IMG/VR virus record: IMGVR_UViG_3300020473_000010
Location: 186,001 to 250,000 of that record
Length of the DNA: 64,000 nucleotides
Reading direction: 5' to 3' (one strand)
The notes under the pieces are model-generated. The model saw only the letters and a list, made by a program, of their open reading frames with translations. It was not told the origin of the DNA and searched no databases. Positions within the stretch are counted from its first letter, which is position 1. Every line of letters begins with the position of its first letter. Below, piece by piece: positions 19,485 to 27,334 of the stretch. A program made the position numbers and the translations under genes.

Positions 19485-20434
19485 TATTGTTCCTTCCTTT
19501 TGAAAACTATAGAAAATAATCTTAAAAATTTTGGTATATCACTCGAATCTCGAAGGATATGACCAGCATAAAAAACTCTTGCAAGAGGGTTCCCAGTAGA
19601 GTCAAAAAAATCTCCGGCATCGACGATTACAAGTTTTCGGATTTTTGATGACTCTATTTCGAAAACTTGACCTAATAGATTTACCGTTAACGAACTTTTG
19701 TTAATTGTTATATTTTGATGTTGGGCTTCTGATATTAATTCGGCTTCAAGTTCTTCAAAAGTTTGAGGAGGTTTAGATATATATTTAGCGTATACACCAA
19801 TTGAGTTTCCTAATTGATCGACTGGGGGCAAATAAGACATTGCTCTAGTATTTCGAAACCGTGAATCAATAATAACTGGATTAAGAATATTTTCATTTGT
19901 GATCGTACTTTCATCTGTATATACTCTATTAAATTCTATAGCTTTAGGCCATACTTTCATTTCTGAATTGTTGAAAAATTCATCTTTTGTTTTAACAATT
20001 TTTAGATTTTTAAAATTATTAATAGATGTATCTAATGATGAAAAAGTTCCGGAATAAATATCTTGAGACCCAGTAGCAATAGCAAAAGTTTCATTGGGAA
20101 GAGCATTCATAATCGTGCCTTCCCTAATTAAGATTTTAGGTTCAATTACTACCCCAGATTCATCTGTTGCAAATACAGAACTTCTGGCAAACATCCCAAT
20201 TTGGCCAAATTCTTCAATTTCCGGAATGATTGTATCTTGAGGGCCACCAAAAGCTTCTAGTTGAATTTCATTAGAAATATCTAAAAGTTGGACTCCATCT
20301 GTTTGATAATACGCTGTTTTGTCCGTAATGCTAGCATATTTTATCTCGAACGTTCTGTTTCGAATTTGTCTTCTACCATTTGGGGTAAGAATAACATCTA
20401 AAATACGCTGCTTTGGATCTAATATACCTGCCAT
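19484..20434 (-). CDS. Putative virion structural protein (316 aa)
   Basis: N-terminus MAGILD...DVILTPNGRRQI...IKYASITD is paralogous to 7950..8591. AAGGAG SD and an ATAATTAA motif lie upstream. Confidence 0.6.
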   Translation of the reverse strand: MAGILDPKQRILDVILTPNGRRQIRNRTFEIKYASITDKTAYYQTDGVQLLDISNEIQLEAFGGPQDTIIPEIEEFGQIGMFARSSVFATDESGVVIEPKILIREGTIMNALPNETFAIATGSQDIYSGTFSSLDTSINNFKNLKIVKTKDEFFNNSEMKVWPKAIEFNRVYTDESTITNENILNPVIIDSRFRNTRAMSYLPPVDQLGNSIGVYAKYISKPPQTFEELEAELISEAQHQNITINKSSLTVNLLGQVFEIESSKIRKLVIVDAGDFFDSTGNPLARVFYAGHILRDSSDIPKFLRLFSIVFKRKEQ

Positions 20435-20452
20435 AACTTAAAACTCCTTTAT

Positions 20453-20460
20453 TTAATTAT
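20453..20460 (-). promoter_or_regulatory. Putative late promoter variant ATAATTAA
   Basis: 18 nt upstream of the ATG at 20434. The same variant occurs at 20987-20994, upstream of the ATG at 20964. Confidence 0.35.
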
Positions 20461-20486
20461 GCAATTAGTAGATTTACCATAATATT

Positions 20487-20654
20487 TCAAGTAGGAGTTC
20501 CTTCTTCGGAGTTCCATTTATTCGATCTTTTTAAAATCTCTCTTTGTTTTCTTATATTGATAGGTCGTTCACCAACTTTTTTTCTTGTTTTGTAGGTTTT
20601 CTTTGAAGAATTTTTATTTAATACAGCGATTTCAATCGCTTTTTTTTTCCTCAT
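20487..20654 (-). CDS. Small basic ORF (55 aa), or the frameshifted C-terminal extension of 20632..20964
   Basis: Manual translation: MRKKKAIEIAVLNKNSSKKTYKTRKKVGERPINIRKQREILKRSNKWNSEEGTPT*. It fills the otherwise empty gap and overlaps the upstream gene across an A9 run. Confidence 0.55.
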   Translation of the reverse strand: MRKKKAIEIAVLNKNSSKKTYKTRKKVGERPINIRKQREILKRSNKWNSEEGTPT

Positions 20655-20964
20655 CCTCGAGGATTTTGATTTTCTCTAGGACTTCTTCTAAAGTTTTAAT
20701 CTGTATTCGATAATCTCCAACATCTTTTATTGTCCCTTGCGCTGTGTCTTCTATTAAATTTATAACAGCTTGCAGGCCTTGAACTAAAAACGCAATTCTT
20801 TCATCAACAGAGCCAGTGGCGTTTGCTTTTTCCACCATCGATTGAGCAAGTTTTGCGCAGTCTATAGCTAATTTTTCAACAACGACACATGCATCATTAG
20901 ATTCTATTAAGCTGCTGTTTAAATCATTGATTTCTTTTAACACCCCTTCTTGAATTATAGACAT
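20632..20964 (-). CDS. Hypothetical helical/coiled-coil protein (110 aa)
   Basis: Strong SD (AGGAGG) and amphipathic-helix-like sequence; ends EDEEKKSD* across the A9 run. Confidence 0.7.
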   Translation of the reverse strand: MSIIQEGVLKEINDLNSSLIESNDACVVVEKLAIDCAKLAQSMVEKANATGSVDERIAFLVQGLQAVINLIEDTAQGTIKDVGDYRIQIKTLEEVLEKIKILEDEEKKSD

Positions 20965-20999
20965 AAATCCTCCTAAATATATTTTCTTAATTATGATAC

Positions 21000-21032
21000 A
21001 AAAAAAGTCGTCCGTGTAAAAACACGGACGAC
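21000..21032 (-). terminator. Rho-independent terminator downstream of the paired fibre-like genes
   Basis: Perfect 11-bp stem GTCGTCCGTGT (21007-21017)/ACACGGACGAC (21022-21032) with a 4-nt loop, followed on the minus strand by T7 (21006-21000). Confidence 0.85.
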
Positions 21033-21059
21033 ATAAATATGTTTTTCAGCTAAAAAATC

Positions 21060-23513
21060 TTACGATTTTCTATAGATTATAGAAACATTATCATCCAAAT
21101 CGATATCAAAGTTGAAAACAACATGCTCAGCACTAGAAGCACCTTGACCATAGTCATAATCTAAATCTTGACCATCATGACCACCAGTAGATGAAGCAAA
21201 AGATACATCTGCAAGAGAGGAATTTCCAGCAGACCCATTTGCAGTTCTTAACGAGAGAGGACGATCATGTCCAGTATTTGAACTTCTAGCAGCACCCCAG
21301 TCATTGAACATGCTATCAAAAGCACCTCCACCACCGGTTGCCCAACATCCTTTTGCTTGAATTGTCATTCTTACTGCAGCACCGCCTTCGTTTGCTACTG
21401 AAGCTTTATAATCTGCATCCGGATCTCCCAAAAATGGGTCGATTTCTGCTGCAAGATTTTCTAAAGCAGCAAACTGTGTTGCTCCAATATCAACTGGATA
21501 TCCATTAATAATGTCATCACATTTAATATTTAATCTGTCACCGTTTGTGTTTGATGCATCAACACCGTATTGGCCGGATTTGACAAGAAACCTTCCAGCA
21601 CGAGACGTACGAGTTGCTGTCTGGTCAGTTCTGACCCATGTGGTATCAGCACCAGATGAATCAACACCAGCAAGACAGTCGCCATCAGCAATCTTTTGGG
21701 CGCCATCAGCGCGGAGTGCACACCATTCAATTCGCGTATCATTTGCGTCTGGCTGATTAGCTCCAAATTCTAATGTTTGTGCAACAGCAGCAGTTTGGTT
21801 AAAGTTACATAAGTGAAGATATCCATCATTACTTCCTTGGATCACGCTTCGAAAAGCTCTGTAAAGCCGTAACTCTACTAAGCCTACATCACTACCTCCG
21901 GTACCAAAGTTGCTTGCTGAACCTCCAACAAATTCTATAATATCGTTATCTTTGATTTTGTCAAAAATATTTTTATGATCGCCGTTGGCATATTCAATAA
22001 CACCGCAGAGGGACTCGACATCAAACAAAAGGTTACCGCCACCGGCGTTGTTTCCAATCGCTGAATTTGGAACAGTAATAGTTTCATTAACTACAAATCC
22101 TTTACCAGGCTGAATAACTGTTACAGTTGCAGACATTCCGTTGGCGGCTGTAACGATTTGATATTTGGCGCCGACACCAGAAGATTGAGTTGTTACACCG
22201 TTTTGACCAGCTTCGACGTTGTAAGTTTGAGACGCCGGCCAGGCATTACCGCCATTTGCTTGAATACTATCAACTGATTTACAGCCAGAGTTAGAAAACT
22301 TGGAACCAGCAACATTAAGAGCTGATCTTTTATTTGTTGCATCAGCTTTTGCAATTGAATTTGGTCGATCTACATATACAAAAGTTGCACTGTCAGTTGT
22401 TTTATCAACACCCTTAGCCGATATCTTAATGTGAGATCCAGGAGTGATCAAATAACCGCTAGCGGAGCCCCCGGTAAGTAATACTTGATGATCTGCTGTA
22501 GCAGCAGCAGCAGTTCTGAAAGGGAAATCTAAAGTGCCTTTTGCTGGAAGGCCAGTTGATGAAGGTCTTAATAAAATACCATTGTGGTATATATCCATAT
22601 ATTGACTGTTTGTTCCAGTGGTTTTGAAAGTGTCAGTACCAAGATTGCTTAATGCTGATAAATTCCATTCATCCTGCATATTTCCTTGAATTCTTACTTC
22701 TCGTCCAGCTGTAATTTTATCATTAGCAGCAATTTGAATAAAACGTTTTTGACGCGTTTCTTTAACATCTAACCACTGAAGCTGTAATTCGCGATTTGAA
22801 CCATCGATAGTATTATTTGCTTGGATTGCTAATACCATGCCGGCAGCAGCTGTAGTGGAATTAGCAGGCAATTTATATCGACAGTTTCTGTTTTCTGCGT
22901 CTGCTGTACCAAAGGAAAAAGCGGCATAGTTGTCTCCGTCAGCATCTTCAAACCTAAGATTAGTATCAGATTTTATCGCAATATCATTAGCACCTAATTT
23001 TTGTAATTTATCGACTTGTAAAATACCGTCTCCGCGCAGAACCAATTTATCAGCTGCAGCAGCAGCAGAAGCTAATTTTACTGTAAAAGTTGCAACAGCA
23101 TCTGCGACTTCGGTGATTTCATTTAAGGATTCTACTTTTATTTGTGCAAAGTTGCCGGCGGCTGCAGCTTCGGAATCTTCTGTTTTAAATTTAATTGTTC
23201 CAATATCGTCACCAGCCCCTATTGAAGTATCTAGATTCGAAAACTGTAGAGTAGCGCCTCCATCGACATTTATTTGAGTGTTTGCTTGGTCCATTTGTCC
23301 AGCATTCTGATTAAACCAGTCTGATTTACCGTTAATTCTAGAAAGAGCGCGACCATATTCTTGTAAAAGGTCATTTACGTCTTGGACGTCTATGGCTGCA
23401 ACTGATGTTGAATTTTGTAAAGCATTATCCACTTTTAGAGCTAATGGGTCTGTGGAATTATGTGCCCCAAGAGTTCCAGACAAGTGCTGTAGCCTAAATT
23501 GAGTTTTATACAT
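21060..23513 (-). CDS. Fibre/decoration-like virion protein (817 aa), paralog of 23620..25764
   Basis: Ala/Gly/Asp/Thr-rich. Shares KTQxRLQ, YGxAxSRIxGKxDWFxQxAGQ, NLDTS...GDDIG, KLASxAAAA and PGSHIK, and the C-terminal F.FD...DD...YR, with its neighbour. Confidence 0.65.
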   Translation of the reverse strand: MYKTQFRLQHLSGTLGAHNSTDPLALKVDNALQNSTSVAAIDVQDVNDLLQEYGRALSRINGKSDWFNQNAGQMDQANTQINVDGGATLQFSNLDTSIGAGDDIGTIKFKTEDSEAAAAGNFAQIKVESLNEITEVADAVATFTVKLASAAAAADKLVLRGDGILQVDKLQKLGANDIAIKSDTNLRFEDADGDNYAAFSFGTADAENRNCRYKLPANSTTAAAGMVLAIQANNTIDGSNRELQLQWLDVKETRQKRFIQIAANDKITAGREVRIQGNMQDEWNLSALSNLGTDTFKTTGTNSQYMDIYHNGILLRPSSTGLPAKGTLDFPFRTAAAATADHQVLLTGGSASGYLITPGSHIKISAKGVDKTTDSATFVYVDRPNSIAKADATNKRSALNVAGSKFSNSGCKSVDSIQANGGNAWPASQTYNVEAGQNGVTTQSSGVGAKYQIVTAANGMSATVTVIQPGKGFVVNETITVPNSAIGNNAGGGNLLFDVESLCGVIEYANGDHKNIFDKIKDNDIIEFVGGSASNFGTGGSDVGLVELRLYRAFRSVIQGSNDGYLHLCNFNQTAAVAQTLEFGANQPDANDTRIEWCALRADGAQKIADGDCLAGVDSSGADTTWVRTDQTATRTSRAGRFLVKSGQYGVDASNTNGDRLNIKCDDIINGYPVDIGATQFAALENLAAEIDPFLGDPDADYKASVANEGGAAVRMTIQAKGCWATGGGGAFDSMFNDWGAARSSNTGHDRPLSLRTANGSAGNSSLADVSFASSTGGHDGQDLDYDYGQGASSAEHVVFNFDIDLDDNVSIIYRKS

Positions 23514-23567
23514 ATTTTTTCTCCAAAATATTTTATAAGATTAAGATTATAACTTTCTCAAACATCC

Positions 23568-23606
23568 TTAGGAAAGGCCCGTACTTTGTACGGGCACAAA
23601 ACCTAA
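23568..23606 (-). promoter_or_regulatory. Intergenic RNA hairpin (possible weak terminator or processing/stability element)
   Basis: GCCCGTAC-TTT-GTACGGGC (23577-23595), with possible outer pairing TTAGG (23568-72)/CCTAA (23602-06). Only CTTT follows on the minus strand. Confidence 0.55.
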
Positions 23607-23619
23607 AGACGACTACGGT

Positions 23620-25764
23620 TTATTGTCTATAAACCACGCATAAGGTATCATCGATTTCAAGGTCAAAAGCAAAAACAATGTAAGAATTGCCTGATCCTCC
23701 AACACCATAATCACCATTCAGTGCAACGCCGCCAGCAACTACTGGGCCGAATGTACCACCAGTAAGTGCTACATCTGAGTTTGCATTTGCATCTCTTAAT
23801 GATATAGGATTTGCGAAAGAAGTAATAGCGCCATTATCCGGAGCAACACCTTGAAGATTTCTTTGTGAAGTGAATGTAAGATCGCTAGCAGTAGCAACTT
23901 TATATCTTCCAGCAGTAATTGTACAATCAGCGCGATTTCCATCGATTGCAGTTGCTGCAGAATGGAAAGTTTTGTCTGCGGTACCTGCCCAAAGGCCTGT
24001 TTTACCAAGAGCAACTGCCAAGGCATCCCAAGCATTCTTTTGTGTAATAGTATTTGAAGCCAACGTGATGTCTTGAGCATTACAGACATCAACAGCAATT
24101 GCGCCGATGATATCGTTGTGTACAACAGATAATTTCTTTGCATCATGAGATGAAACGTCGGTAGCTCCGGAGATAAGTTTATATCTCTCTGCGCCATCAT
24201 TAGCAGAACGCTGATTCGCAAGGGTTTGTGGATTAGCACTGGTACCGTAAGCTCCAGCAATACAATCACCGACCGCAAGTACATCACCTGTATGAATAGC
24301 ATAGGAAGTTAACTTGAAAGTGTGTCCACCTGTTCCTGCAGAAAGAGTGATAACAGCTTCGTCTTGGTCATCAATTTCACAAAGCTGGATTCGATCTGTA
24401 GCCGGCTTCGAGCGAATTCTGTATAGAGTGCCATTGACCAGCCCACCAGGCATGCCACTTGCAACCTGTTCAGCTAACAGAGTATCACCAACTCTTACTG
24501 CTGCCCAAAAGGTATTTGGAACGATGACTCGATCTTGGGCTGCGTCGATACCTGACGCCGCGTCAAGGTTTCCTGTTGTTCCTTCAGCGTCTGTAAATCC
24601 GGCGCCTGTTCTTCCAGCAGCTCCTGCCAAGATAGAAGAGTATCTATCAACAAAACAGAAAGTTTTATTTTCGTCATAAAGGGTTACCTTGATGTGAGAA
24701 CCAGGCACGACTGGATATACATCGCCGTCTCTGTTTTGAGCTGTTCCACCAATAGCTACTGTAGCATCTTGATCGGGGCAACGGATATCTAAAGTTCCTC
24801 GAGCGTGACTGGTGTTTGAAGGCTGAAGATATTGACCGTTAACATAAATATCTAATCTTTGTTGTTCACTATTGCCGGAGACCATAGAACCTGCAGCAAT
24901 ATCTGGAGTTAAAGCAAGGTTATAACCGGTGGCTCCATCTAAATCAAATTCAACACCAGCTCTGACGTCGTTTGAGGCGCTAATTGTTAGGAATTTTTTC
25001 TGTACTGGATCGGCTGCTGTAATCCAGTCTAATTGGACTGTTGTTAAAGGGTCACCAGAGTCAGTTGAACTAATACCTAAAAGCTGGTTTGCTGATGCTG
25101 TTGAACTGTCGGCTGGTAATTTTAAGATAACACTTTTTGTTGTGTTAGCAGAGTAATCCCAAGCAGCATAGTGAGAATCATCACTGTCATACATCCGAAG
25201 TAAAGTGTCTCCTTTTACAGATATATCACCAGTACTAGTTAATTCTTGTAATTTATCAATTTTTAATGTACCATCGTGGGTTAAGCGCAACTTTTCTGCG
25301 GCTGCTGCACCACTGGCCAATTTAATGCTCATTTCTGCTTTTGCATCCCCAACGGAGCCGATGGCGTTAGAAACTTGCTCTACATATAATTGAGCGAAAT
25401 CGGCAGCAGCGCCGGCTTCTGAATCAGCAGTTGTCCATTTAATAAGACCTATATCATCACCAGTATTCACGGAAGTGTCTAAGTTTCTTAAAGTGATTTG
25501 TGGAGCTGAAGCATTTCTAATATCTAAATTATGAGTAAATTGTCCTGCAGCTTGGGAGAACCAGTCTCCTTTTCCTGAGATACGAGAAATTGCATTACCA
25601 TATTGTTGTAATATTCCTGCCAAGTCGCCTACGTCGATTGCTTCAGCGGCAGCGGCAGCGGGGAGGGCACCATCTGTATTAGCTTTAATTGCATAATCGC
25701 GAGAGTCGCCACTAGCAGCTAAAGATCCAGTCACGGCCTGTAATCTAATTTGTGTTTTAGCCAT
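23620..25764 (-). CDS. Fibre/decoration-like virion protein (714 aa), paralog of 21060..23513
   Basis: Same shared motifs as its paralog, and a similar TTTTGGAGAA ribosome-binding context. Confidence 0.65.
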   Translation of the reverse strand: MAKTQIRLQAVTGSLAASGDSRDYAIKANTDGALPAAAAAEAIDVGDLAGILQQYGNAISRISGKGDWFSQAAGQFTHNLDIRNASAPQITLRNLDTSVNTGDDIGLIKWTTADSEAGAAADFAQLYVEQVSNAIGSVGDAKAEMSIKLASGAAAAEKLRLTHDGTLKIDKLQELTSTGDISVKGDTLLRMYDSDDSHYAAWDYSANTTKSVILKLPADSSTASANQLLGISSTDSGDPLTTVQLDWITAADPVQKKFLTISASNDVRAGVEFDLDGATGYNLALTPDIAAGSMVSGNSEQQRLDIYVNGQYLQPSNTSHARGTLDIRCPDQDATVAIGGTAQNRDGDVYPVVPGSHIKVTLYDENKTFCFVDRYSSILAGAAGRTGAGFTDAEGTTGNLDAASGIDAAQDRVIVPNTFWAAVRVGDTLLAEQVASGMPGGLVNGTLYRIRSKPATDRIQLCEIDDQDEAVITLSAGTGGHTFKLTSYAIHTGDVLAVGDCIAGAYGTSANPQTLANQRSANDGAERYKLISGATDVSSHDAKKLSVVHNDIIGAIAVDVCNAQDITLASNTITQKNAWDALAVALGKTGLWAGTADKTFHSAATAIDGNRADCTITAGRYKVATASDLTFTSQRNLQGVAPDNGAITSFANPISLRDANANSDVALTGGTFGPVVAGGVALNGDYGVGGSGNSYIVFAFDLEIDDTLCVVYRQ

Positions 25765-25878
25765 TTTTTATTCTCCAAAAAATGTTTAGTTTATTCTTGT
25801 TTGAGACGAAAACTCTATACTGTCCAAACGATCTTAATAATTTTAATTAAACCAAAAACATAAATTGGGATTTCAACT

Positions 25879-25886
25879 TTAAATAT
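25879..25886 (-). promoter_or_regulatory. Putative late promoter ATATTTAA upstream of the 714/817-aa pair
   Basis: Variant of the ATATTTAT motif in the intergenic region, about 115 nt before the ATG at 25764. Confidence 0.35.
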
Positions 25887-25921
25887 GCAGCTCAAGCTGA
25901 AAAACTAAAAAAAATAAAACT

Positions 25922-26149
25922 TTAATTTCTATATAAAATCTTCTTTAAATTTCTAACATGATTATCGTAAACTGCACATTCACTACCAGTAAATTCTATA
26001 GCGAACTGAGCACCTTTTCCGTCAGGATCCGCAAACTCAAACATAAATTGGCCATTAGAAGAACGAAACGCATTTAACAACTTTAGGCCTTTCATCATTA
26101 GAAAAGCTGCTATCGATAAGTCCGATGTTTTATAAACGTTATTTTTCAT
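25922..26149 (-). CDS. Small DUF5659-like protein (75 aa), possibly DNA-binding
   Basis: YKTSDLSIAAFLMMKG.KL...FMFEF.D resembles the DUF5659 pattern (from memory). GAGG SD and ATATTTAT lie upstream. Confidence 0.55.
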   Translation of the reverse strand: MKNNVYKTSDLSIAAFLMMKGLKLLNAFRSSNGQFMFEFADPDGKGAQFAIEFTGSECAVYDNHVRNLKKILYRN

Positions 26150-26169
26150 ATCTTTTATTTACCTCAAGT

Positions 26170-26177
26170 ATAAATAT
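26170..26177 (-). promoter_or_regulatory. Putative late promoter motif ATATTTAT
   Basis: 20 nt upstream of the ATG at 26149. Confidence 0.5.
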
Positions 26178-26243
26178 GTAGTTAGTTAAGAACATCTCAT
26201 TCTATTTGTCGCAATGAGGTTTCAAATTTAATATGGTGACAAT

Positions 26244-27323
26244 TTAAAATACTATAATTAAAATACTGTCACCTTTAGTAATGCTCGTATTAAAATCTAT
26301 TTCATTATCCGATACAAGTTGATAATCATAAGAAGATCCGGATCTTAAATGCTGTCCGTTTAATAAAACATCTATTCTTGAAGGGTCGTAATTAACTGTT
26401 GAGAAATCCAGAGGAGAACAAGAAAAATTATCTCCTGGAGCATAGGATGTAGATGCTTCAAAATAGGTTTTTACTCTATTTGTTTTAAATAGCACCGTGT
26501 CAGATCCAGCGTCTGTAGTAATAGAAATTCCAGATCCAGCTGAAAAAGTTAGAGTGTCTGTTGCAGAATCCGCAACTACGCTTGTTTGCCCAGTGACAGA
26601 CAAAGTTTTAAAAGCTTGGTTAACAGATCCACCACCTCCACCACCCCCGCTTAAGGAAGACAGGCTTTCGTTGAGCATCTTCCCAACATATAAAAACCCT
26701 CTTGCATGTGCAGGAATTTTTGTAGAATCATAATCTTGTAAAAATAAAACGCCGTTATAATAATCAATTGACCAATCAATTTCGTCTAACAGTGGTATTT
26801 CCGATCCAACCCCACCTGATCCGTCATCTCTGTATATTTTTAAAATATATGGATTAGGAGATTGCCCAGAAAAATTTGGTGGAACAATTTGAGCTGCCCC
26901 AATAGTTTCATATAAAACTTTATCATTATCAAAAACGCCGTTTCCTTCATTCGGGTTTGATGATAGAGTTGTATAATTTGATGGCAGTGCTAATTTATAA
27001 CAATGAGGGCCGGCATCCTGTGGTTTCTGTACTTTAGAATCGGAATCCCAGTCATTAGAATTATAAGTTGATCCGCTTATTTGCAAAACTTGAAATTGAA
27101 CATATTCTACTGTATTTGGGGTTGACCCGCCGGCGTTCTGAAGAGCCCACAAAGTTCTACTTGGGTTATCCGGTACATCTTCCCCAAAAATAGTTTGTGC
27201 ACCAATTGTAATATTTGAACCAATTGATTCTTCTGAATCGGATTTTACTATTGATGTGTTTGCTTTTCCAAATAATTTCTTTTGGGCAAATAATGTTGCT
27301 GATAAATTACTTTTTCCTGCCAT
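26244..27323 (-). CDS. Virion structural/fibre-associated protein (359 aa)
   Basis: WSIDYYNGVLFLQD motif, a poly-Gly linker, an AFKTLSVTGQ..VVADS..DTL module shared with the 1871-aa ORF, and a C-terminal IDVLLNGQ.L...DY domain. Confidence 0.6.
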   Translation of the reverse strand: MAGKSNLSATLFAQKKLFGKANTSIVKSDSEESIGSNITIGAQTIFGEDVPDNPSRTLWALQNAGGSTPNTVEYVQFQVLQISGSTYNSNDWDSDSKVQKPQDAGPHCYKLALPSNYTTLSSNPNEGNGVFDNDKVLYETIGAAQIVPPNFSGQSPNPYILKIYRDDGSGGVGSEIPLLDEIDWSIDYYNGVLFLQDYDSTKIPAHARGFLYVGKMLNESLSSLSGGGGGGGSVNQAFKTLSVTGQTSVVADSATDTLTFSAGSGISITTDAGSDTVLFKTNRVKTYFEASTSYAPGDNFSCSPLDFSTVNYDPSRIDVLLNGQHLRSGSSYDYQLVSDNEIDFNTSITKGDSILIIVF

Positions 27324-27334
27324 AATAAACCGCC

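Noticed and set aside
22008-22290. Inserted modules as inteins or introns
   Set aside because: There is a Cys at the upstream boundary but no terminal His-Asn, intein block motifs or homing endonuclease. Frames are uninterrupted, so splicing is not needed.
26169-26176. Canonical T4 late promoter TATAAATA on the plus strand
   Set aside because: It points away from all genes. It is simply the reverse complement of the minus-strand ATATTTAT(A) motif.
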